A DNA stretch of 64,000 nucleotides, from contig CAVRIM010000004.1 of the NCBI GenBank assembly GCA_963721255.1, positions 81,190 through 145,189 of the forward strand, given 5' to 3'. Origin of the DNA: an uncultured Actinomycetes bacterium (lineage in GTDB: Bacteria; Actinomycetota; Thermoleophilia; Solirubrobacterales; Solirubrobacteraceae). Both the position numbers and the translations under genes were made by a program. Shown here piece after piece: positions 40,646 to 50,967 of this stretch. Numbering within the stretch: position 1 is the stretch's first letter; every line of letters begins with the position of its first letter. Below the pieces are notes generated by a model. It had not been told where the DNA came from and did not search any database. It saw only the letters and a program-made list of their open reading frames with translations.

Positions 40646-43099
40646 CTACTCGACGACGCGCAGCGATCCTGAGAGGTCCGTGCGTCGCAGGCGGCGCAGG
40701 GTCAGGAGCGGTGCGATGCCGACCACGACCATCCCGGCGACGATGGCCAGGGCGTAGGTGGCCGGTGCGACCGCGTTGATGATGCCGAGGTCGGGCATCG
40801 TCTCGGGCACGCTGGTGGTGAGGATCCACGTGAGCACGGCGTGCCCGGCGGCCACTCCGACGGCGGTGCCGAGGGCGCCGATGAGCAGCGCCTCGATGAT
40901 CTCGCCTCGCATGGCTCGTGCAACAGGGACGCCGTGCGCGAACATCGTCGCGTGCTCACGAGTGCGCTCGTCGGTGTTGATCGCCGTGGCGTTGAACGCT
41001 ATGAGCAGGGCCATCGCGGCCGCGATCGCGACGGTGACGACGAGGATCTCGTTGAACTGTTCCAGGGTCTTGTCCACGGCGTCGGTGGTCGCCGCCGCGC
41101 CCTGCACCGCGGTGATCTCGGGGAGGCGCAGGAGCTCGGCCTTGACGTCGTCGGCGGATCGCCCGGTCGCCGGGACGACCGAGAAGCGGTTGACGAGGCC
41201 CGGAACCCCGAGGGCCGCCGCGCCCGCGCTGTTGGTGTAGGCCAGGAAGCGCAACGGGCTGGTGTGGATCCCGGTGACGGGCAGCCTCGTGCTGACCAGC
41301 CGGAATGTTCGCGGGCCGGTCGGGACGGGATGGACCACCCGCACACGGTCGCCGACCCTGACGTGAAGCGTGTCGGCGGCGCGTTGCGCGATGAGCAGGC
41401 CGGGTCGGCCGCGCGGCAGCGCGCCGGTCTCGAGCGTCGGTTGCCAGAGCGGCCGCCGATCCGCCACCGTCTCGAGCGCCACGTCGAGCCGTCGGCCGCC
41501 TGCCAGGAGAGTGGAGGCCAGGCGCAGCGACGGCTGGCTTGCTCCGACGCTCGCCGCTCCGGTGACCCTTCGCGCCGTCGTGCTGTCGCTCCGCTGCACG
41601 CTGGTGAGATCGGCGGTCAGGCGTTGGGTCGAGCCGGCGAGCGCCTCGTTGCGGCTCGCCCGGAGCGTGGCGTCGAAGGAGTCGATCATGCCCGCCATCG
41701 CGATGACGATCGTCACGACCGCTCCGATCCCCAGCAGGGTCATGATCGTGCGCCGCGGGGTGCGCAGCACGTTGCGCAGGGGAAGGTTGGACAGGGCGCC
41801 GCCCGGGACGCGCAAGCCCTTGACCAGCCAGGCCAGTCCGCTGCTGCGAGCGGCGCGCGCGCCGACCTGGATCGCGTCGATCGGAGACACGCGCAGGGCG
41901 CGCCAGACGGGGACGGCGGCAGCGACGAGCGGTAGGACGAGTCCCAACACCGCGCCGCGGACGAACACGCCCGTCTGGAAGTCGACCGACACGACCGGGA
42001 GCGGGAAGAACTTGTCCAGGACCCCCGTGAGCCATGCGTCGGCGGCGAGGCCCACAGGGATGCCGAGCAGCACGCCCAGGAGCGCGATCTGCGCGCCCAG
42101 CAGGAGCGGGCGGCGTGCCAGCTTCCGTGGCGGGACACCGAGCGCCATGCCGATCCCGATCTCGCGACGCTGCGCCTCGACCGTGCGGCTGATCAGGTTG
42201 AACGCCGCGAACGTCGCCGCGGCCAGCATCAGGAAGGCGAAGATGCTGAGCATCTCCTGATCGCCCTCGGCGTCCTTGTAGATCATCCGGTGCGCCGGTT
42301 CGTCGGCGCGCGCGGTGACGGTGAAGCCGGCCGTCGGGAGGGCTGCGCGCAGGGCGCGCCGAGACCTGTGCGCGCACGGCGCGCGGGATCGGCGCCGGGG
42401 CGCAGCGCGGAGCACCAGCTGGTTGACCCGCCCGGGCTGGCCGGCGAGCGCCTGGACGGTGGGCAGCGGCGCGAAGAGGACCGCGAACGTCGACTCGGCG
42501 CCGAAGCCCGCGCCCGGCGCCGTGACGACGAAGTACTCGGGCGCCAGGGCCTGGCCGGTGTAGGCGACCCGCTGCCCGCCGGCCAATGTGAGCGCGCCCG
42601 CAGCGGGCAGGGAATGCGAGCGACCGAAGTTGTACTCCAGCGCGACGGCTGGACGGCCGGGCCCACCGGCAGCGGGCAGGCGTCCTCGACGCGCGTCGAG
42701 CATGTCGACCGCGGCTCCGACCGGCGTGCCGACGATGCGGCCCGGCACGATGATCGTGCGGCCCCCGGTGGACGCATCGACCTGCGTTGAGACGACGAGC
42801 CGCTCGGCAGCCGCCGCGACGTCAGCGCGCACCCCGCTGCGTGCGAGCGCCGAGCGCAGCCTGCCCTCGGGAGCCGTACTCCCCTCCACGAGCGAGAAGC
42901 GCAGATCGTGCATGTGCAGCGCGGCGAAGCTGCTGTCCGCGGAGTCGACCCGCCAGATCGACATGCTGCTCATGGACGCGTACATCCCGACGCCGAGAGC
43001 GAGCAGCACGGCGATCGACAGCACCTGAAAGCGATGCTGGCGGGCATCGCGCACCGCCCAGCGGATCCACAGCCGTTCGCGGTGCCAACGGCCCATCAC
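40646..43099 (-). CDS. ABC transporter permease with two FtsX domains (about 817 aa)
   Basis: ORF 40646-43099, intact. TM segments, large extracytoplasmic loops, and two FtsX-type C-terminal 4-helix modules. Confidence 0.85.
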   Translation of the reverse strand: MMGRWHRERLWIRWAVRDARQHRFQVLSIAVLLALGVGMYASMSSMSIWRVDSADSSFAALHMHDLRFSLVEGSTAPEGRLRSALARSGVRADVAAAAERLVVSTQVDASTGGRTIIVPGRIVGTPVGAAVDMLDARRGRLPAAGGPGRPAVALEYNFGRSHSLPAAGALTLAGGQRVAYTGQALAPEYFVVTAPGAGFGAESTFAVLFAPLPTVQALAGQPGRVNQLVLRAAPRRRSRAPCAHRSRRALRAALPTAGFTVTARADEPAHRMIYKDAEGDQEMLSIFAFLMLAAATFAAFNLISRTVEAQRREIGIGMALGVPPRKLARRPLLLGAQIALLGVLLGIPVGLAADAWLTGVLDKFFPLPVVSVDFQTGVFVRGAVLGLVLPLVAAAVPVWRALRVSPIDAIQVGARAARSSGLAWLVKGLRVPGGALSNLPLRNVLRTPRRTIMTLLGIGAVVTIVIAMAGMIDSFDATLRASRNEALAGSTQRLTADLTSVQRSDSTTARRVTGAASVGASQPSLRLASTLLAGGRRLDVALETVADRRPLWQPTLETGALPRGRPGLLIAQRAADTLHVRVGDRVRVVHPVPTGPRTFRLVSTRLPVTGIHTSPLRFLAYTNSAGAAALGVPGLVNRFSVVPATGRSADDVKAELLRLPEITAVQGAAATTDAVDKTLEQFNEILVVTVAIAAAMALLIAFNATAINTDERTREHATMFAHGVPVARAMRGEIIEALLIGALGTAVGVAAGHAVLTWILTTSVPETMPDLGIINAVAPATYALAIVAGMVVVGIAPLLTLRRLRRTDLSGSLRVVE

Positions 43100-43894
43100 T
43101 CACCAGCGCAGGTCGGAGATCTCGACCTGGCCACCCTCGGGGGGACCCAGCCGCACGACACGCCCGCTGGAGAGCTCGACCACGCGGTCGGCGACGCGCG
43201 CGATCTCGCGGTTGTGCGTTACGACCAGGACGGCGCGGCCTGTGTGCGCCTGTGCGTGCAGCAGCTCGAGGATCTGGACGCCGGTCCGGAAGTCGAGCTC
43301 CCCCGTCGGCTCATCGGCCAGAAGTATGGGGTTGCCGGACGCGAGCGCCCGGGCGATCCCGACACGCTGCTGCTCGCCGCCCGAGAGCTCGTGCGGGAAG
43401 TGCCCGAGGCGGTCGCCGAGACCGACGCGCTCGAGCATCTGCCCCGCAACCCCCGTCGGGTCGGCGCGACCGGCGACGTCCGCGCCGAACTCGGCGTTCT
43501 CCAGCGCCGTCAGCGCCGGGAACAGGTTGAACGTCTGGAACACGAAGCTCACGCCGTGACGACGGAACTCGAAGAGCTCCTTGCGCGAGGCGTGCGTGAT
43601 GTCCTGGCCGGCCACCATGACCCGGCCCTCGGACGGCGAGTCAAGCGCACCGATCATGTTGAGCAGCGTCGTCTTTCCAGACCCGGACGGGCCGAGCACG
43701 ACGATGAACTCCTCCGCGCGCACCTCAAAGGACACGTCGGCCAGCGCGATGACCTCGCTTCCACCCACGTGGTAGCGCCGCCCGACGCCCTCCAGGCGGA
43801 CCAGCACATCCCCCGCCGACGGAGCGGGCGTGACCGGTTGGGCGTCAGTCAGGCTCACGGTCCGACGGTAAGCCGTAGGAACCATCGCCGCCAA
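43100..43894 (-). CDS. ABC transporter ATP-binding protein (MacB/LolD-like)
   Basis: ORF 43100-43894. [53 protein letters not shown]. Its stop abuts the permease start. Confidence 0.9.
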   Translation of the reverse strand: MAAMVPTAYRRTVSLTDAQPVTPAPSAGDVLVRLEGVGRRYHVGGSEVIALADVSFEVRAEEFIVVLGPSGSGKTTLLNMIGALDSPSEGRVMVAGQDITHASRKELFEFRRHGVSFVFQTFNLFPALTALENAEFGADVAGRADPTGVAGQMLERVGLGDRLGHFPHELSGGEQQRVGIARALASGNPILLADEPTGELDFRTGVQILELLHAQAHTGRAVLVVTHNREIARVADRVVELSSGRVVRLGPPEGGQVEISDLRW

Positions 43895-44016
43895 CCGCGG
43901 CGGTCCGACCAGCGTGTCCGGGGAAAGTACGGACCGTCAGCCGACGATTCCGTGGTCTCGCCGTTGCTCGGCGGACATCGTGTTCACGCCCAACAGCGGC
44001 GACGGCCTCTTCGACA

Positions 44017-44241
44017 TCACAGCGCGCTCGAGAACTCGTCAACGGCGTCGGGGGTGTAGGACGCGTCCGGGTCGGGTGCGACCTCGCAGGCCGCCCAGTG
44101 GGCGCCACCCTCGTACATCCAGTCGCGATCGTTGACCTCCTTCTTGCCCACCAGGTGCTTCGCCGTGTAGCGGGCGTACCCACCGAGCTGGGCCTGAAGG
44201 CAGTGGAAGATCTGGCGGACCGTCTCCCGACCACGCCGCAC
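44017..44241 (-). CDS. hypothetical small protein (74 aa)
   Basis: ORF 44017-44241, GTG start. Non-Arg-rich composition (IFHCLQAQLGGYARYTAKHLVGKKEVNDRDWMYEGGAHWAAC) suggests real coding. No family recognised. Confidence 0.4.
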   Translation of the reverse strand: MRRGRETVRQIFHCLQAQLGGYARYTAKHLVGKKEVNDRDWMYEGGAHWAACEVAPDPDASYTPDAVDEFSSAL

Positions 44242-44412
44242 GCCACACGGATGGGGGCAGGAGAGCGGCGGGCACCCTCAGCTCGTGGTGTGTGGTTGCG
44301 GCCAGACCCGCGCCGACCGCTCAGGCTCGCGCCCCCGGGGTCGCGGCGTCTCCGCGCGGGTGGCCTGCGCGCGTGAGTGACGCGTCCACCATCTCGGGGT
44401 AGCGTTCGTTCC

Positions 44413-45180
44413 ATGGTCAGCGCGCCAGCTGCTGCTTCCGACACTCGAGTCCGCCGGCTCATGACCCCTGCGGCGCGGCGGGTGGTGACCGAGACCGCGC
44501 CGGGCGTGCTCGACGCGCTCGGTGGCGGGGACCCGACGGGAGCGCATCCCGGCCAGCAGCTCATGATCAGCCGCGCGCTGCCGCTCGTCTATGAGCGTTG
44601 GTGGCGGCCATTGGGCGCTCGGGTGTTCATGCTCGGCGGCCCGGGGCAGCGCGGCGAGGAGCGGATCGCCACGGCGATGCTCGCGCTGCATGATGAGGAC
44701 CGGGTGCTCGACGTCGCGTGCGGTACCGGCGCCTTCAGCCGCGCCTTCGCCCGGGCCGTCGCGCCCGGTGGCCTGGTCGTCGGCCTCGATGCGTCCGCGA
44801 CGATGCTCGAGCGCGCCGCCCGCGCCGAACGCCCGGCATGTCTCACGTACGTGCGTGGCGACGCGATGCAGCTCCCATTCCGGGATGGCTCATTCGACGC
44901 CGTCTGCTGCTTTGCCGCGCTGTACCTGATCGACGACCCGTGGCGCGCCATCGACGAGATCGTCCGCGTTCTCGCTCCCAACGGACGCGTCGCACTCCTG
45001 GCCAGCGTGCACCGGGGACCGCTCCCGGCCGCCCCGGCACGCACCGCGCTGAAGGCGCTCAGCGGAGTGCGGCTCTTCACGCGCGACGAGCTGGCAGACG
45101 GCCTGCGAGACCGCGGACTCAAGCACGTGCGCGTCCGGATACACGGCCTGGCGCAATTCGTCTCCGCCCGCCGCGACTAG
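44413..45180 (+). CDS. class I SAM-dependent methyltransferase
   Basis: ORF 44377-45180. Motif I VLDVACGTGAFSR; DAMQLPFRDGSFDAV; LAPNGRVAL. The start is ATG 44413 or GTG 44377. Confidence 0.85.
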   Translation: MVSAPAAASDTRVRRLMTPAARRVVTETAPGVLDALGGGDPTGAHPGQQLMISRALPLVYERWWRPLGARVFMLGGPGQRGEERIATAMLALHDEDRVLDVACGTGAFSRAFARAVAPGGLVVGLDASATMLERAARAERPACLTYVRGDAMQLPFRDGSFDAVCCFAALYLIDDPWRAIDEIVRVLAPNGRVALLASVHRGPLPAAPARTALKALSGVRLFTRDELADGLRDRGLKHVRVRIHGLAQFVSARRD

Positions 45181-45208
45181 GTCACGCGGCTCGGACGCCG
45201 TCCTGCCT

Positions 45209-45604
45209 TCACGTGACATCCGTGGGAGGCAGCGCGTCCTTGCACCTGCGCGGCAACCCATCGCGCACCAGGTCATAGGAATCCTCCACCAGCTCCTTCA
45301 GCAACGAGGGCGAGAGCTGCTCGCCATCCCCCTCCGTCGCGTGCAGCTCAGCGGTGATCCAGTGACGCTTGTTCATGTGGTACCCGGGGGTGATCGCCGG
45401 GTACTGCCCCCGGAGATCGGCGCCACGCTCCGGCTCGACCTTGAGGTTGAGACGGCCACCGGACTCGCCGAAGAAGGCGATCGCAAAGATCTTCCCGCCC
45501 ACCTTGTACACATCGGTCTCATCCCCGAACGGATGCTCCAGCGTCGCGCCGGGCTGAGCCAGGCACAGCTCACCGGTCAGGCGTTCCCAATCACTTGCAA
45601 GCAC
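45209..45604 (-). CDS. MmcQ/YjbR-family DNA-binding protein
   Basis: Last 131 aa of the chimeric ORF 45209-49048, from GTG 45602-45604. LCLAQPGATLEHPFGDETDVYKVGGKIFAIAFF...ITPGYHMNKRHWITA. Confidence 0.7.
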   Translation of the reverse strand: MLASDWERLTGELCLAQPGATLEHPFGDETDVYKVGGKIFAIAFFGESGGRLNLKVEPERGADLRGQYPAITPGYHMNKRHWITAELHATEGDGEQLSPSLLKELVEDSYDLVRDGLPRRCKDALPPTDVT

Positions 45605-45624
45605 GCGTCGGCCCGCACCTCCCC

Positions 45625-46614
45625 CTAAGGATCCGTGAACGGCTGCACGGGCAGCCCGTGCGTCGTCTCGCGCATGCCGAGCTCGTAGGTGCCGCCGTGG
45701 GCGGTCCGCAGGCGGACCGGCTCCTGGCCGTCGAGGTGGAGCACCGCGTCGAGCGCGGCGATCGAGCAATTGGCGACGTGGTGCTCGCGGCCGTCCGGGT
45801 CCGCGTAGCGCCAGACGACCGTCTGCTCGCGCGGCGAGCGCGCCGTGAGCTCCAGGCGCGCACCCTTGGCGCCGACGGCGAGATCGAGCGCGAGCGGGTC
45901 CTCGGCGACGCTCGGGCGGTGCACCGGACCGCCCAGCGCGATCCGCTGCCCGTCGATTGAGACGACGCCCGCTGCGATCCACGGCGTCGTCACCGAGGCA
46001 ACCCGCACACGACCGATCGACAGGTCGAGCCACGCGTCCGGGCGATCCTCGAAGAGGACGCCGTGGAGCCAGATCCAGCGCTCGGCATGCTGGGCGCCCC
46101 AGTTGTGGCCGATCATCCCGGCCCAGCCGTCGAGCTCGACCGCCCGCTCGCCGACCGCTGCGCAGCCGCTGAACGCCGCCGAAGGCAGCGGGCTCTCGAG
46201 CTTGGTGCGGGGCAGCCGTGAGCGGTACATCCACGGTCTGGGCAGATGGCGCAGCACCGGCTCGTCCCCGCGCCAGGTCAGATCCCACGACGCGGGCCCC
46301 GCCGCGCCGCGCACGCCCTGCGGCCCGAACGCACTGTCTCCGATGCGGATCCAGCCGTCCACCTCCGGGCCTGGGACCGAGAGCTTGTGCGCCGCGGGCG
46401 CAGTCGCCTCCGCGTCGAAGACGACCGCCCAGATCGAGCCGACCCCCCTCTCCCCCGGCGCCTTGTGGACCGTGTGACGCAGCCACACAGCGCGTGGGCT
46501 CGACGGGTCGACGGCGCGCAGGTAGAAGGACTCGTAGCCGCCGTCGCCGATCGCGAACGAGGGGAACTGCGGGGTCGCCTCGGGGACGGGCATAGGCCGG
46601 ACCATCGCACTCAT
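45625..46614 (-). CDS. hypothetical protein, possibly tocopherol-cyclase-like fold
   Basis: ORF 45625-46614, intact. GMIGHNWGAQHAERWIWLHGVLFED recalls the E-K-N-W-G...W-x-W motif of the tocopherol cyclase family. This is from memory only. Confidence 0.6.
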   Translation of the reverse strand: MSAMVRPMPVPEATPQFPSFAIGDGGYESFYLRAVDPSSPRAVWLRHTVHKAPGERGVGSIWAVVFDAEATAPAAHKLSVPGPEVDGWIRIGDSAFGPQGVRGAAGPASWDLTWRGDEPVLRHLPRPWMYRSRLPRTKLESPLPSAAFSGCAAVGERAVELDGWAGMIGHNWGAQHAERWIWLHGVLFEDRPDAWLDLSIGRVRVASVTTPWIAAGVVSIDGQRIALGGPVHRPSVAEDPLALDLAVGAKGARLELTARSPREQTVVWRYADPDGREHHVANCSIAALDAVLHLDGQEPVRLRTAHGGTYELGMRETTHGLPVQPFTDP

Positions 46615-46689
46615 CCAAGTCGCTTGGCAACGTGCGGGAGCAGCGGACTTCCCTCAGGACCGTCAGGTCGTTTCGGCGTGAGGCCTGCG

Positions 46690-49600
46690 CTATCGCTTCC
46701 ACACGGGTGTGGAGAAGCGTGCCAGGTCGAACTGGACGCCCTTGGACTTCGGCACCAGGTAGACGTAGTTGGCGCCCTTCTTGAGCGCACTCGACCTTGA
46801 CGCTGGTGCGCCCGCTCACGGGCAGGTTGCTGCGCAGCAGCTTGCCCGGCGCCTTCTTGGACGTTGCGGCGTACAGCGACAGCCGGGTGCCGGCGGGCAG
46901 GTATCCCGAGCTGCGCCATGAGACCACGATGCGGGTGGTCTTCTTCGGCAGCCGCCGGCCCTTCGTGCTGCGCGGCGTGATGCTCCGCGGCTTCACCTTC
47001 CCGAGACCGCGGATCGCCTGAACCGAGAAGCGCGTGTGCTTGTCGGTCAGCGACCGCAGCCGCCAGGTGCCGGCCCCGGGGTGGTAGACGACGACGCCGG
47101 TGACCTCGCCGATCGTCTGGCTGAACGTGTCTCTGCGCTTGGTGCCGGGCCGGTAGGGCGTGCCGGACGGCGAGACGAGCTCGAAGTCGCGGGCCTCCGT
47201 GCCGCGGGCTTCGACATAGAGGAACGGCCGTCCCGGCTTGACGGTGAACTCCCGCGTGGACGCCGCGCTGCGCCCGCGCACACGGGCGCTGTTTGCGGTC
47301 AGCGTCACGTACTGGTTGGTGTCCGACCCGATGTAGTCGATCTTCGGCGGGAAGCTCGACACCTTGCTCCAGGTGAGGCCGGCGCCGACCCAGTAGCAGC
47401 CGAACCACCCGAAGCACAGGCGCGTGGTCGCGCCGATGCCCTTGTCGGAGATCACGCCGTTCCCCGACGCCACGTTCCAGCCGAGCACGCTGCCGCTCAC
47501 GCCGCCCTGGGCGGTGAAGTGGTAGCGGTTCAGTGCCGCGGAGGCCGAGATGGTCGCGCTCACCGCGACCGCGTTGAAGGTCGCGTTGAGCGTGCCGCTG
47601 GCCAGGAACGTCGGGCTGATCTGGATCGTCAGCGACGCGGTGCCCTTCACCAGCCGGCCCTCTCCGTCGAGGACGTCGACCTCGCCGGAGAGCGTCCCCG
47701 ATCCCGCGGTGTTGATCGTGAGCGTGACGTCCTTGATGTGCAGGATCCAGTTGAACGGTTCCGGGGCGTTGGTCTTCGTCCAGCCGCCGCCGACCAGCGC
47801 GCTGATGATGAGTGGGTTGTTCTCCCCGCCCGACAGGCCCTTCAGCGAGCCGCCGAAGGTGTCCATCATGATCCCGGTCGTGCCGAGCGGCACCCCGGGC
47901 GTGGTGATCTTGATCCCGATCTGGTCGAGCCGCCCGCTGCTGAAGGCGCCGGAGACCTCGGCACCGGTGCCGGTCGGCAGGAACGGCGCCTCGAACTTGC
48001 CCGAGAACGTGAACAGCGACGGCGGGCCCTCGGCGTAGCCCACGCTGAACCCGAGCTTCCATGCGCTCGAGAGCTGGATCGTGTCCCACTTCACCGAGCC
48101 GCCGAGGACGTTGAACGGCTTGGAGCTCGTCCGGTTGATGCCGACCGAGAAGCTGCCGGTGGGCAGCGTCGCCCCGGCGAGCGGGCCGAGCAGGTCGAAC
48201 GACGGGCGGCCGGTGATGATCACGCCGCCACCGTCGGTCGTGTCGAGGTAGTTCGACAGCAGCGGCACGAACGGCACATTGGCCAGGGCGAACGTCAGCG
48301 GGCTCTGGATCGTCAGCACGCCCAGGCCGGAGCGCCCGGAGACCGGGTCGTTGACGCCCGCGGCGCCGACGACCATGGTCCCCGAACCGACCGTCACGGG
48401 CGTCCCTCGCTGCACGGTCACGGTCACGCTCGAGGACGAGGTGATCTCCTGCAGGCTGTCGTTGATGACCACGTCCCCGCTGACGGCGACGCCGGTGTTC
48501 AGGACGACGTTGCCGCTGGCCGTCCAGCGCCCGGAGGCGTAGGTCAGCTGATCGGCACAGACACCGACGACGCCGACGGTGTGCCCGACGCGCCCGCAGC
48601 CCGCCGACCCGCCCGGGTCCGGCCACGTCGTGAACGTCCGGTCCTCCCCGGTTGCGACGACCGAGCCGCCGCGCACGGCGACCAGCCGGTAGTGATACGT
48701 CCGCTCGGCCATGAGCCCCGTCAGCGCACCGGTGGCCGCGACATCGGCCGACCCCGAGCCGGCATCGGTGAGCGTGGTCGTGCTCCCGTAGCTCGTCGTC
48801 GCGCCGTATTCGAACCGGTACTGCGTCGCGGTGCCCTGCGGGTTGACCGTGCCGTTGAGCGTCCCGACGAGCCAGGTCACGCCGGTCGCCGTCGCCGGTG
48901 CTGACCGTCGGCAGCGCGATCGGCACCCTCGCCGTACTTGACGATGCGGTCGTTGTCCGCGTCCGCAACGTAGAGCGTGGACGAGGGGCCGCTGGCCACG
49001 TCCATCGGCCCGCTGAAGTTCAGGTTCCCGGATCCGGTCGTGCCCCACTTCCCGAGGAATGTCCCGGTCGAGGAGAACTTCTCGATGCGGTTGTTCTCCC
49101 AGTCAGCGACGTAGACATCGTTGTTGGCGTCGGCGTCCAGGCCCTGCTGGAGCGCGCCGAACTGCCCGTTGCCGGTGCCCGGGCTCCCCCAACCGTCGCC
49201 GGCAGCCCGAGCGCGTCGAACTTCACGACCCTGGAGTTCCCCTGGTCGGAGACGTAGACCGCGCCGCTGGTGTCGGTCGTGACGCCGATCGGCGTGTCGT
49301 ACTGGCCGGCCCCGGTACCCCCGGATCCGATCAGTGCCTGCCAGGTCCCCGTGGTCGAGAAGCGCTGCAGGCGCGGGGTGGGCGAGCTCGTCGGCCCCGT
49401 GTCGACGACATAGACGTTCGTGCCGTCCGTGGCGATCCCGACCGGTTCATCGAAGACCCCGTGAACACCGCTGTTGTCGAACTGCGAGAGGTACCCGCCG
49501 GTCGTGTCGAATTTCTGGACCCGGTTGTTGTTGAAGTCGACGACGTAGACGCCGGTGGCGTCGACCGCGACATCGCGCGCGCAGTCGAACTGGCTGTTGC

Positions 49601-49883
49601 CGGTTCCGCCGGTGCCCCACTTCGTGAGGTAGGCACCGTTCGCGTCGAACTTCTGCACGTCGTTACGCGAACAGTCGGCGACGTACACGTTCCCCGACGC
49701 GTCGGTGGCGATCCCGAACGGTGCCTGGAACTTCCCGTTCCCGGTTCCCGAGCCGCCCCACTGGCCGAGATAGCCGAACGCTCCGAGCGCCGACGCCGCG
49801 AGAACGAGCGCGAGGAGGACGACAAGGCCGAGGGCTACGGCCCTCGCCAACATTGCAGTGGTGCGGCCAAGCGTCCGGGACAC
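46690..49883 (-). CDS. large secreted protein: 6 NHL repeats, an FN3-like module and an uncharacterised domain of about 650 aa; frame interrupted about 4 times
   Basis: ORF 49020-49883 gives a signal/TM and the NHL blades (GKFQAPFGIATDASGNVYVADCSRNDVQKFD...). My alternative-frame read gives GDGWGSPGTGNGQFGAL...VYVADWENNRIEKFSSTG...LYVADADNDRIVKYGEG. The body of ORF 45209-49048 gives TWLVGTLNGTVNPQGTATQYRFEYGATTSYG...YHYRLVAV...; the C-terminus SSALKKGANYVYLVPKSKGVQFDLARFSTPVWKR* stops at 46690-46692. Breaks are at ~49195, ~48925, ~48900 and ~46795. Confidence 0.75.
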
Positions 49884-49986
49884 TCAACCATCGTGGTCCC
49901 GAGATCACCCGCATACCACCGTAGGAGTCGCGGGTCACCACCGCTCGTGACTACGGATGCCGCGCCACGCCACCGCTCCTGCTTTC

Positions 49987-50494
49987 CTAGCCCGGCCCGC
50001 TTCCGCAGCCGGTCGCGCCGACGGCGTCGGCGGCCGCCACGGCCTTCTTCAACACGGACTGGGAGTCCCCGGTGACCTTCGCGATCTTGGCGACGACCTT
50101 GGTCTTGGCCGCGGCCTCCAACCGTCCGATCACGTCAGTGTTCCCCTGGTCGGCGACGACGAACGCGTCCCACTGCGGCTTGGTCGCGTCGTCGGGCGTG
50201 AGCGCGGCCAGTTCGGCGTGTCGCTGCCTGGAAGAGGTCATGCGAGGCCGCCGCGTACGTCCCGACGCCCGTCAGGTCGGTCAGGTCGCTGGGCAACTCG
50301 ATGTCCAGGAACTTGCTGCGATAGGTCGCGCAGATCGCGTCGGCCTTTGCGACCAGCGCGCCGCGGTCGAGAGTCTGCTGGTTACTGGAACCACTCGTCG
50401 AGTCGCGGTTCCCATCACTTGAGCCGCAACCGGCCAGCACGGGTGCGGCGAGCGCGAGGGCAGCGAGCGTGACGAGAGCGAAGACCCTGGACAT
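49987..50494 (-). CDS. hypothetical lipoprotein, frame interrupted once (~50235)
   Basis: ATG 50492-50494 gives MSRVFALVTLAALALAAPVLAGCGSS... (ORF 50135-50530), then ORF 49987-50241 (RQRHAELAALTPDDATKPQWDAFVVADQG...). Confidence 0.55.
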
Positions 50495-50649
50495 GCGACC
50501 GAAGGTACTCGCGTCACGGTCCGCTGCCAACGGTAGGCACTACGGACCCCCGGGCGTAGCCGGTTCGGATGGGCGGACCGCCCGCAAGCGTCATCGTGCG
50601 TAGGGACCGACCGGACCGGACAGCGTCCGGTCACCTTTAAGGGGGAACC

Positions 50650-50958
50650 ATGCCAAGGAATCTCGCTCTCAGTCTCGTCGTGCTCGCACTCGTCGTCGTG
50701 GGCGCTGCGGCACCGACCGCGCAGGCCTACGTTCGTGGCTGCGGCTCCCGGAGCGGCTACTACGTCGCGGTGAACTCGGTCACGACCTGCCCGTTCGGGT
50801 TCAACGTCGCTCGCGCGTTCGCCCAGGGCAAGCGCAACCCTTACGTGTACTCGCCCGTGACGCATCGCTCATATCGCATGTACTGCACGCGCAGGAGTTC
50901 GCGCACGTGGGTCTGCAGGGGCGGGAACGACGCGTACGTGCGCCTGACCCGTCGCTGA
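50650..50958 (+). CDS. small secreted Cys-containing protein (102 aa)
   Basis: ORF 50650-50958. AAGGGGGA RBS. Signal MPRNLALSLVVLALVVVGAAAPTAQA. Four Cys residues. Intact. Confidence 0.6.
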   Translation: MPRNLALSLVVLALVVVGAAAPTAQAYVRGCGSRSGYYVAVNSVTTCPFGFNVARAFAQGKRNPYVYSPVTHRSYRMYCTRRSSRTWVCRGGNDAYVRLTRR

Positions 50959-50967
50959 GGCCGGAGT

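Noticed and set aside
48785-48805. GGTTCGAAT T-loop-like string (minus strand) as a tRNA
   Set aside because: It lies inside the coding repeat QYRFEYGATT of the NHL giant, and there is no acceptor or anticodon stem context.
45209-49048. 1279-aa ORF as a single protein
   Set aside because: It is a chimera. The 5' three-quarters belongs to the NHL-family giant. The middle is out of frame over the intact 45625-46614 gene. The last 131 aa are a separate YjbR-family gene with its own GTG.
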